In this document: piece after piece, positions 47,551 to 58,294 of the stretch
Position numbering within the stretch: position 1 is the stretch's first letter
Layout of the letters: each line of letters begins with the position of its first letter
DNA from: Anolis carolinensis
Lineage: Eukaryota
Direction: 5' to 3'
DNA length: 64,000 nt
NCBI RefSeq assembly: GCF_035594765.1
Contig: NW_026943818.1
Span: 32,919,559-32,983,558, forward strand
Program-made: the position numbers and the translations under genes
The notes under the pieces: generated by a model
Seen by the model: only the letters and a program-made list of their open reading frames with translations
Told to the model about the DNA's origin: nothing
Database searches by the model: none

Positions 47551-49280
47551 GCCTCCCTTCTGGTTTATTTATAATATAAATTATATTAGAAATATAATAT
47601 AAATTATAAATTAAATTCACACACACACATATTTATATTAATTCATATACACNNNNNNNNNNNNNNNNNNNNNNNNNNNNNNNNNNNNNNNNNNNNNNNN
47701 NNNNNNNNNNNNNNNNNNNNNNNNNNNNNNNNNNNNNNNNNNNNNNNNNNNNNNNNNNNNNNNNNNNNNNNNNNNNNNNNNNNNNNNNNNNNNNNNNNNC
47801 AAACATATATATTCTTATATACACACATAGATATTANNNNNNNNNNNNNNNNNNNNNNNNNNNNNNNNNNNNNNNNNNNNNNNNNNNNNNNNNNNNNNNN
47901 NNNNNNNNNNNNNNNNNNNNNNNNNNNNNNNNNNNNNNNNNNNNNNNNNNNNNNNNNNNNNNNNNNNNNNNNNNNNNNNNNNNNNNNNNNNNNNNNNNNN
48001 NNNNNNNNNNNNNNNNNNNNNNNNNNNNNNNNNNNNNNNNNNNNNNNNNNNNNNNNNNNNNNNNNNNNNNNNNNNNNNNNNNNNNNNNNNNNNNNNNNNN
48101 NNNNNNNNNNNNNNNNNNNNNNNNNNNNNNNNNNNNNNNNNNNNNNNNNNNNNNNNNNNNNNNNNNNNNNNNNNNNNNNNNNNNNNNNNNNNNNNNNNNN
48201 NNNNACACGTATATATTAATTCATATATACACACACATATATTAAGTCATATATATATATACAGACACATATATATTAATTCATATATACACACACGTAT
48301 ATATTAATTCATATATATACACACACATATATTAAGTCATATATATATATACAGACACATATATATTAATTCATATATACACACACGTATATATTAATTC
48401 ATATATATACACACACATATATTAAGTCATATATATATATACAGACACATATATATTAATTCATATATACACACACATATATATTAATTCATATATACAC
48501 ACATGTATATATTAATTCATATATACACACACATATATTAAGTCATATATATATATACAGACACATATATATTAATTCATATATACACACACATATATTA
48601 AGTNNNNNNNNNNNNNNNNNNNNNNNNNNNNNNNNNNNNNNNNNNNNNNNNNNNNNNNNNNNNNNNNNNNNNNNNNNNNNNNNNNNNNNNNNNNNNNNNN
48701 NNNNNNNNNNNNNNNNNNNNNNNNNNNNNNNNNNNNNNNNNNNNNNNNNNNNNNNNNNNNNNNNNNNNNNNNNNNNNNNNNNNNNNNNNNNNNNNNNNNN
48801 NNNNNNNNNNNNNNNNNNNNNNNNNNNNNNNNNNACGTATATATTAATTCATATATACACACACATATATTAAGTCATATATATATACCCACACACACAT
48901 ACATATATTAATTCATATACACACATATATATATACATCTGACCCTTACAGCCCAAGCATCCCATTATGACTTGAATAGGGTTGGACTAGATGACCTCTG
49001 GGGCTCCCTTCCAAGTCCAATGTCCCAAGACGAGGGCATTTGTATGTAATGCGTGTGCATACGTGTCTGTGTACATACGTGGGACCCAGACAGACCGTTG
49101 GGAGACAATGGGCCCTTTCTCCGAACCAGACACAACCCCAAACAATGCCCCGGCCGGGCTATAAATATTCAAAAGGCTTCTTTTGTCCCGTCGTATAATA
49201 AAGAGACCCAGAGGGACCCCCAGAGGTCATCTAGCCCAACCCCAAGGGCACCCTAGGGCAGAATATACGTTGCGCATCGG

Positions 49281-49360
49281 GCCGGTTCGTACGTTCGGTT
49301 CTCTAGCTTTATGAAACCAGGCGCACTCATACAGCTAGATAACCAAAGAGAAGAGCCGGC
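49281..49360 (-). ncRNA. MIR9: microRNA miR-9 precursor hairpin
   Basis: Reverse complement of 49327-49349 is TCTTTGGTTATCTAGCTGTATGA, the canonical miR-9-5p. 49291-49312 gives the 3p arm ATAAAGCTAGAGAACCGAACGT. The basal stem is closed by GCCGG/CCGGC. Confidence 0.97.
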
Positions 49361-49494
49361 CCTGGAAGTCTACGCATCCCAAGAGCCGGGTTCGAATCCC
49401 GCTTGGGTCCCTTTGGAGCCCATTTTCCCATTGGAAATAATGACCGAGATCAGAGAGCCATAGAAAGGCATTGGGTGGCCTCAGGTGACCCCAA

Positions 49495-49534
49495 ATAAGG
49501 TCACCATAGGTTCAGAGCTCGGGAAAATATTCCC

Positions 49535-49602
<68 letters not shown>

Positions 49603-49639
49603 GGGTCGCCATAGGTTCGGAACTCAGGAAAATATTCCC

Positions 49640-49698
<59 letters not shown>

Positions 49699-49735
49699 GG
49701 GTCGCCATAGGTTCGGAACTCAGGAAAATATTCCC

Positions 49736-49785
<50 letters not shown>

Positions 49786-49822
49786 GGGTCGCCATAGGTT
49801 CGGAACTCAGGAAAATATTCCC

Positions 49823-49875
<53 letters not shown>

Positions 49876-49912
49876 GGGTCGCCATAGGTTCGGAACTCAG
49901 GAAAATATTCCC

Positions 49913-49959
<47 letters not shown>

Positions 49960-50380
49960 GGGTCGCCATAGGTTCGGAACTCNNNNNNNNNNNNNNNNNN
50001 NNNNNNNNNNNNNNNNNNNNNNNNNNNNNNNNNNNNNNNNNNNNNNNNNNNNNNNNNNNNNNNNNNNNNNNNNNNNNNNNNNNNNNNNNNNNNNNNNNNN
50101 NNNNNNNNNNNNNNNNNNNNNNNNNNNACTCAGTTTTGAGCCAATTCAATGATGATGATGATAATGGTGATGATAATAATATATAAGACTAATACATACT
50201 AATAATAATAATAATAATAATAATAAAAGAGCTCTAGTACAGTAGACTCAGTTTTGAGCCAATTCAATGATGATGATGATAATGATGATGATAATAATAT
50301 ATAAGACTAATACATACTAATAATAATAATAATTGAACAGCTCCAGTACAGTAGACTCTAGTACAGTTTTGAGCCAATGC

Positions 50381-50414
<34 letters not shown>

Positions 50415-50472
50415 TATAAGACAAATATATACTACTACTACTAATATTATTATTGAATATACTCCAGAGATA

Positions 50473-50504
<32 letters not shown>

Positions 50505-50640
50505 TTGAATACGCTCCAAACAGAGAGATACGTTACATAATATATTTGTATATTATTATTATTGAATATGCTTCACAGATATATATTACATAATACATTA
50601 ATATATTATTATTATTATTCTTGAATATACTCCAGAGATA

Positions 50641-50689
<49 letters not shown>

Positions 50690-50777
50690 GAATACGCTCC
50701 AAACAGAGATATATTACAGAATATATTTGTATATTATTATTATTATTATTATTATTATTGAATATACTCCAGAGATA

Positions 50778-50814
<37 letters not shown>

Positions 50815-50899
50815 GAATACGCTCCAAACAGAGAGATATATTACATAATACATTAGTATATTATTATTATTATTATTATTATTGAATATACTCGAGATA

Positions 50900-50945
<46 letters not shown>

Positions 50946-50970
50946 GAATACGCTCCAAACAGAGAGAGAG
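49495..50970. repeat. Arrays with embedded (TAA)n/(TTA)n next to miR-9
   Basis: GGGTCGCCATAGGTTCGGAACTCAGGAAAATATTCCCAAAC about 6 times, then TTGAATA..CTCCA units. Confidence 0.9.
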
Positions 50971-51504
50971 ATATATTACAGAATATATTAGTGGATTATT
51001 CTTATTATTATGTTGGAAAAGGATGGAGTTTGTCTACTACTCACTTGCTGCCTCTTTCCACAACTTGGTCCCCATGGCCAGGGAATGGGACGGAGAAATC
51101 AATATCATTTTGGGGGGTCCCCGTGGGGTCCGGTCCGGTCCGGTCCGAAGAGGGTCCGGCCTGCGACTGGGCTCCCAGTCCCAAGGAGAAGAAGTGAGCG
51201 TAAGTCCCGGTCCTTGGGGGGAGGAGAGGGGGAGGGGGGGTAGGGGGTGGGTGGGAAATCCCAGGGACAAAGGGGGGCCAGCCAGACGGGGTCGGAGGTC
51301 AGGAGGCCCATGAGACACGGCTGAGCAGATTCCCATGCCGGTCTGGCTCTCTTGGGCAGACTGCGGCACCCATCGCCCACTCCCCGGAGCGTGTCCCCAA
51401 AGCAAGTGGGTGGGATGGATGGCCTCTAGAGAGCCCGGCAGCTGGGAAAGTGGGTGGGACTAGGTGGCCTTAAGGGTCCTCATATAGACATACGCACACA
51501 TATA

Positions 51505-52735
51505 TCTATATATATAAAAGAGTAATGGCGTCGCGGCGACGCACAAAACAACAAAACTACAGGCCCCCCAACCTCGAAATTTGACGACACAACCCATCAT
51601 CCACGCCTCCAGGTTGATACAAAAAAAAGAAAAGAAAAATAAAGTCCTAATTATTATTATATATTATTTTATAGGATTACAGTCCATATCTATATATATA
51701 TATATATATAAAAGAGTGATGGCATCACGGCGACGCACAAAACAACAAAAGTACAGGCCCCCCAACCTCGAAATTTGGCGACACAACCCCTCATCCAGGC
51801 CTCTAGGTTGATACAACAAAAAGAAAAGAAAAATAAAGTCCTAATTATTATTATATATTATTTTATAGGATTACAGTCCATATCTATATATATATATATA
51901 TATATAAAAGAGTGATGGCATCACGGCGACACACAAAACAACAAAAGTACAGGCCCCCCAACCTCGAAATTTGGCGACACAACCCCTCATCCAGGCCTCT
52001 AGGTTGATACAACAAAAAGAAAAGAAAAATAAAGTCCTAATTATTATTATATATTATTTTATAGGATTACAGTCCATATCTATATATATATATATATAAA
52101 AGAGTGATGGCATCACGGCGACACACAAAACAACAAAAGTACAGGCCCCCCAACCTCGAAATTTGGCGACACAACCCCTCATCCAGGCCTCTAGGTTGAT
52201 ACAACAAAAAGAAAAGAAAAATAAAGTCCTAATTATTATTATATATTATTTTATAGGATTACAGTCCATATCTATATATATATATATATAAAAGAGTGAT
52301 GGCATCACGGCGACGCACAAAACAACAAAACTACAGGCCCCCCAACCTCGAAATTTGACGACACAACCCCTCATCCAGGCCTCTAGGTTGATACAACAAA
52401 AAGAAAAGAAAAATAAAGTCCTAATTAGAGAGAGAGGAATAATTGCTTTTATCCAATTGCTGCCAGTTAGAAGGCTAGTAAGCTCCTCCAACTTGGTCTC
52501 CTAGCACCCCAATAAAAAATAATAAAAAACACTAAAAATTAATACAATAAAATACTATAATAACAGAAAATAACTAAAAATAATACAAGAAAATAATAAA
52601 ATATAATAAATAAAAAGATAACTTACAATAAAATTAATTAAAAAATACAAATAACGTCAAATAAAAATTACACAACAATTTTTAACCAATACCACCACCA
52701 CTTTGCCACAGCAACGCGTGGCTGGGCACAGCTAG
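51505..52735 (+). mobile_element. Non-autonomous Helitron with ~5 tandem copies of its 5' ~190 bp
   Basis: 5' TC start; 3' hairpin GCCACAGCAACGCGTGGC followed by CTAG; A|T insertion context. Confidence 0.7.
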
Positions 52736-52756
52736 TATACACTATATATATATATA

Positions 52757-53761
52757 CCGTGTTTCCCCGAAAATAAGACAGTGTCTTATATTATTTTTTA
52801 CTCCCAAAGATGCGCTAGGTCTTATTTTCAGGGGATGTCTTATTTTTCCATTAAGAAGAATTCATATTCAAATGAACATTGATTCTATGCTGTACAGTAG
52901 TTGTCATCACAAACCAGTATAACTAAACCAGACAAACTGTGACTCCTGTCAAGAATTTCTTGTTACTAACATTATTTCCAACTGGTATGTAAGCCGCCCC
53001 GAGTCCCTCTGGGGAGATGGAGGCGGGGTATGAAAATTATTATTATTATTATTATTATTATTATTGACACAACGACATTGTATGACACAGCAAACAAGAT
53101 AGATATGCTGGATTTCGTTTCGCAAAACCACAAGTCGAACACTTCCCAAGTGTCTAGGACTGTGTCATGTATTTTCGGATGATGCGTGCAGATCCCAGCA
53201 GGGTGGCCTTTTGCAGTTGGCAGATTGTGATTTTGTCAATGTCTATTGTTTCCAAATGCCGGCTGAGATCTTTTGGAACGGCACCCAGTGTGCCCATCAC
53301 CACCGGGACCCCCTGCACTGGTTTCTGTCAGAGTCTTTGAAGTTCAATCTTGAGGTCCTGATAGCGGCTGAGTTTTTCCTGTTGTTTTTCGTCAATGCGA
53401 CTGTCACCTGGGATGGCAACATCAATGATCCAAACCTTTTTCTTTTCCACAACTGTGATGTCTGGTGTGTTGTGTTCCAGAACTTTGTCAGTCTGGATTC
53501 GGAAGTCCCACAGTATCTTTGCATGTTCATTTTCCAATACTTTTGCAGGTTTGTGATCCCACCAGTTCTTAACTGCAGGGAGGTGATACTTGAGGCATAA
53601 GTTCCAATGAATCATTTGGGCCACATAGTTGTGCCTCTGTTTGTAGTCTGTCTGTGCGATTTTCTTACAGCAGCTGAGGAGATGATCCATGGTTTCGTCA
53701 GTTTCCTTGTAGAGTCTGCATTTTGGGTCATCAGCTGATTTTTCAATCTTGGCCTTAATTG

Positions 53762-53801
<40 letters not shown>

Positions 53802-53955
53802 TACATTTACCAATCCTGCATGCTATGGTGTTTTGTTTGGCAGGCACCGGGCATGCTTCCAAACAAAAACTTGCTAGGTCTTACTTTCAGGGGAGGCCTT
53901 ATATTTAGCAATTCAGCAAAACTTCTACTAGGTCTTATTTTTTGGGGATGTCTTA
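52757..53955. mobile_element. Tc1/mariner-type DNA transposon remnant interrupted by LINE insertions
   Basis: TA|CCGTGTTTCCCCGAAAATAAG terminus and repeated GGTCTTATTTT subterminal motifs on both sides of the nested LINE. Confidence 0.5.
53064..53762 (-). mobile_element. 5'-truncated R4/Dong-clade (RLE endonuclease) non-LTR retrotransposon inserted in (TAA)n
   Basis: ORF 53328-53813 encodes a degenerate zinc knuckle (KCRLY..ETMDHLLSCC), RH and PD...D(VAIP) restriction-like endonuclease motifs. Both ends are flanked by (TTA)n. The same 3' tail recurs in (TTA)n at ~6705, ~6990 and ~7190. Confidence 0.8.
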
Positions 53956-55283
53956 NNNNNNNNNNNNNNNNNNNNNNNNNNNNNNNNNNNNNNNNNNNNN
54001 NNNNNNNNNNNNNNNNNNNNNNNNNNNNNNNNNNNNNNNNNNNNNNNNNNNNNNNNNNNNNNNNNNNNNNNNNNNNNNNNNNNNNNNNNNNNNNNNNNNN
54101 NNNNNNNNNNNNNATATATGTCTGTATGTATATGTGTGTCTATGTATGTCTGTATGCATATATGTATGTATACACACATATATACACACATACATATATA
54201 TATACACACCGATACACACGCATATATATACACATACATATACATGTGTGTATATGTGTCTATANNNNNNNNNNNNNNNNNNNNNNNNNNNNNNNNNNNN
54301 NNNNNNNNNNNNNNNNNNNNNNNNNNNNNNNNNNNNNNNNNNNNNNNNNNNNNNNNNNNNNNNNNNNNNNNNNNNNNNNNNNNNNNNNNNNNNNNNNNNN
54401 NNNNNNNNNNNNNNNNNNNNNNNNNNNNNATAAACACATATACNNNNNNNNNNNNNNNNNNNNNNNNNNNNNNNNNNNNNNNNNNNNNNNNNNNNNNNNN
54501 NNNNNNNNNNNNNNNNNNNNNNNNNNNNNNNNNNNNNNNNNNNNNNNNNNNNNNNNNNNNNNNNNNNNNNNNNNNNNNNNNNNNNNNNNNNNNNNNNNNN
54601 NNNNNNNNNNNNNNNNNNNNNNNNNNNNNNNNNNNNNNNNNNNNNNNNNNNNNNNNNNNNNNNNNNNNNNNNNNNNNNNNNNNNNNNNNNNNNNNNNNNN
54701 NNNNNNNNNNNNNNNNNNNNNNNNNNNNNNNNNNNNNNNNNNNNNNNNNNNNNNNNNNNNNNNNNNNNNNNNNNNNNNNNNNNNNNNNNNNNNNNNNNTG
54801 GATGTGTGTATATGTGTGTATATGTATGTGCACACACATACATGCACACCTATACATGAGTGTGTGTGTACATATATACATACATTCCTATACACACAGA
54901 TCGATCGATCGATACATAGATAGTGGCTGATATGTATGTGATATATATACATGTGTGTGTATGTGTGTGTATATATATATTGACCTTCATTGCCTTCAAC
55001 AGAAAGAAACGANNNNNNNNNNNNNNNNNNNNNNNNNNNNNNNNNNNNNNNNNNNNNNNNNNNNNNNNNNNNNNNNNNNNNNNNNNNNNNNNNNNNNNNN
55101 NNNNNNNNNNNNNNNNNNNNNNNNNNNNNNNNNNNNNNNNNNNNNNNNNNNNNNNNNNNNNNNNNNNNNNNNNNNNNNNNNNNNNNNNNNNNNNNNNNNN
55201 NNNNNNNNNNNNNNNNNNNNNNNNNNNNNNNNNNNNNNNNNNNNNNNNNNNNNNNNNNNNNNNNNNNNNNNNNNNNNNNNNNN

Positions 55284-55764
55284 TCACGGCAGCGGACAAA
55301 ACAACAAAAGTAAACACCCCACAACCTCGAAAATTGACAGCACAACCCCTCATCCACGCCTCTAGGTTGATACAACAAAAAGAAAAGAAAAATAAATTCC
55401 TAATTAGAGGGAGAGGAATAATAGTTTTTATCCAATTGCTGCCAGTTACAAGGCTAAGCTCCGCCCACTTGGTCTCCTAGCAACCCACTCAGCCCAGTGT
55501 TAATAAAATAATGATAAAAAATAAATACAAATAATACAATAAAAAATTATTTAAAAACACTAAAATAATTAGTACAATAAAATACTATAACAAAAATGAC
55601 TAAAAATAATACAACAAAATAATAAAATATAATAAATAAAAAAGATAAGTGACAATAAAATTAATTAAAAAAAATACAAATAACGTCAAATAAAAATTCC
55701 ACAACAAGTTTTAACCGATACCACCACCACTTTGCCACAGCAACGCGTGGCCGGGCACAGCTAG
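55284..55764 (+). mobile_element. Second related Helitron copy (5' end lost in N run)
   Basis: Same internal sequence and 3' hairpin plus CTAG. 5' fragments of the family also occur on the minus strand at ~18940-19095 and ~19225-19380. Confidence 0.7.
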
Positions 55765-55819
55765 TTATATTATATAATTATTATTATTATTGATTTATTA
55801 TTTCTCTCTCTCTATCCAT

Positions 55820-56190
55820 CTACGCATTGGTTCCTGGCACGAAGCCAGCCGGTCCCCATAGCAAACAGGTGCCCCAGTGCTGGCCCCCCGGGGATTTGCA
55901 TATATGCAAATGAAGGGCATGCAAATCCATTCATCCGGCCTGCGTTCACACAGCCCCAGAGGTCAGGATCAAAACCCTTTCCCAGAGAGAGACACACACC
56001 CCGGGACCAGACAGACCCGCCGGCACAATGGTGTCTGGGGAGGCCCGGCGTAGATTTATTTACTAGCGGGGCGCATTGGGTGATAATAATGTTTTAATTG
56101 TATAAATGCAGAAGTTTGTGGGTGAAGTTTGGTCAGGGACACTGTAAAAGACATTGGCCTCTGCTGCCACCTTGTGCCCAACTCACGAAA
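55820..56190. promoter_or_regulatory. Octamer (POU) cluster with SOX and CTCF-like motifs; candidate enhancer or promoter
   Basis: ATTTGCAT (55894-55901), ATGCAAAT (55904-55911), ATGCAAAT (55919-55926), ACAATG (56025-56030) and a CTCF-like GCACAAGGTGGCAGC (minus, ~56163-56177), in an island of unique sequence. Confidence 0.5.
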
Positions 56191-56254
56191 CTACAACCAC
56201 ATTATTGGATCCCAACTTTCCAAACTTTTGGCCAAGTTTCAGGCAGCAAGGTCC

Positions 56255-58020
56255 ATGTGGCTAGTAGGGAAGAATAAAGGCAAGGGTGGCTAGTAAAAAA
56301 AGGAAAAGGCAAGTGCAGCTAGTAAAAGGCCAAGAGTGGCTAGTAAGAAAAAATAAAACCAAGTAGGGCTCGTGGGCAAGTACAAAGGCAAGTGTGGCTA
56401 GTAAGAAAGGATAATGGCAAATGTGGCTAGGAATAGGCCAAGTGTGGCTAGCAGGAAAGTATAAAGGCAGGGATGGCTAGGAAAAGGCCAAGGGTGGCTA
56501 ATAAGAAAAAATAAAGGCAAGTGTGGCTAGTAAGAAAGGATAATGGCAAGTGTGGCTAGTAGGAAAGAATAAAGGCAAGTGTGGCTAGTAAGAAAGGATA
56601 ATGGCAAGTGTGGCTAGTAAGAAAGGATAATGGCAAGTGTGGCTAGTAGGAAAGAATAAAGGCAAGTGTGGCTAGTAAGAAAGGATAATGGCAAGTGTGG
56701 CTAGTAAGAAAGGATAATGGCAAGTGTGGCTAGTAAGAAAGGATAATGGCAAGTGTGGCTAGTAGGAAAGAATAAAGGCAAGTGTGGCTAGTAAGAAAGG
56801 ATAATGGCAAGTGTGGCTAGGAATAGGTCAAGCATGGCTCATAGGAAAAAAATAAAGGCAAGGGTGACTAGTAAGAAAGGATAATGGCAAGTGTGACTAG
56901 TAGAAAAAGAAAAAGGCAAGTGTGGCTAGTAGGAAAGGATAATGGCAAGTGTGGCTAGGAAAAGGCCAAGTATGGCTAATAAGAAAGAATAAAGGCAAGG
57001 GTGGCTAGTAAAAAAAGGATAATGGCAAGTGTAGCTAGGAATAGGCCAAGTGTGGCTAGTAGAAAAAGAAAAAGGCAAGTGTGGCTAGGAAATGGCCAAA
57101 AATGGCTAGTAGGAAAGAATAAAGGCAAGTGTGGCTAGTAAGAAAGGATAATGGCAAATGTGGCTAGGAATAGGCCAAGTGTGGCTAGCAGGAAAGGAAA
57201 AAGGCAAGGATGGCTAATAAAAGGCCAAGGATGGCTAATAAGAAAGTATAAAGGCAAGTGTGGCTAGTAAGAAAGGATAATGGCAAGTGTGGCTAGTAAG
57301 AAAGGATAATGGCATATGTGGCTAGGAAAAGGCCAAGTGTGGCTAATAGGAAAGTATAAAGGCAAGTGTGGCTAGTAAAAAAAGAAAAAGGCAAGGATGG
57401 CTAGGAAAAGGGCAAGGGTGGCTAATAAGAAAGAATAAAGGCAAGTGTGGCTAGTAGAAAAAGAAAAAGGCAAGTGTGGCTAGGAATAGGCCAAGTGTGG
57501 CTAGCAGGAAAGTATAAAGGCAAGTGTGGCTAGTAGAAAAAGAAAAGGGCAAGGATGGCTAATAAAAGGCCAAGACTTACAGTAGGAAAGTATAAAGGCA
57601 AGTGTGGCTAGTAGAAAAAGAAAAAGGCAAGGATGGCTAATAAAAGGCCAAGAATGGCTAGTAGGAAAGTATAAAGGCAAGTGTGGCTAGTAGAAAAAGA
57701 AAAGGGCAAGTGTGGCTAGGCATAGGCCAAGTGTGGCTAGCAGGAAAGGAAAAAGGCAAGTGTGGCTAGTAGGAAAGGATAATGGCAAGTGTGGCTAGGA
57801 ATAGGCCAAGTGTGGCTAGTAGGGGAAAAAAGCCAAGGGCGGCTAGTAACAAAGGGAAAAGGCGAGTGTGGCTAGTACGAAAGAATAAAGGCAAGTGTGA
57901 CTAGGAATAGCCCAACTATGGCTAGTAAGAAAGGATAAAAGCAAGTGTGGCTAGTAAAAAAAGGAAAATGCAAGTGTGGCTAGTAGGAAAGAATAACGGC
58001 ATCTGTGACTAGTAACAAAG
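56255..58020. repeat. ~29-bp minisatellite upstream of TMEM221
   Basis: GGCAAGTGTGGCTAGTAAGAAAGGATAAT repeated. Confidence 0.95.
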
Positions 58021-58294
58021 GGATAATAATAATAATAAATAGTAAATAATAATGAATAAATNNNNNNNNNNNNNNNNNNNNNNNNNNNNNNNNNNNNNNN
58101 NNNNNNNNNNNNNNNNNNNNNNNNNNNNNNNNNNNNNNNNNNNNNNNNNNNNNNNNNNNNNNNNNNNNNNNNNNNNNNNNNNNNNNNNNNNNNNNNTGGC
58201 TAGTGGGGCTAGACTGGGGTGTGGCCGTGCCCCTTTGGCCCCTCCCTCCTCCTGCCCCCTCCCCCCCCCCCCCGATCTCCCTCCGTGTCCGGCC

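Noticed and set aside
49380-49410. tRNA suggested by GGTTCGAATCCC
   Set aside because: Isolated B-box/T-loop with no cloverleaf; probably a SINE scrap or chance match.
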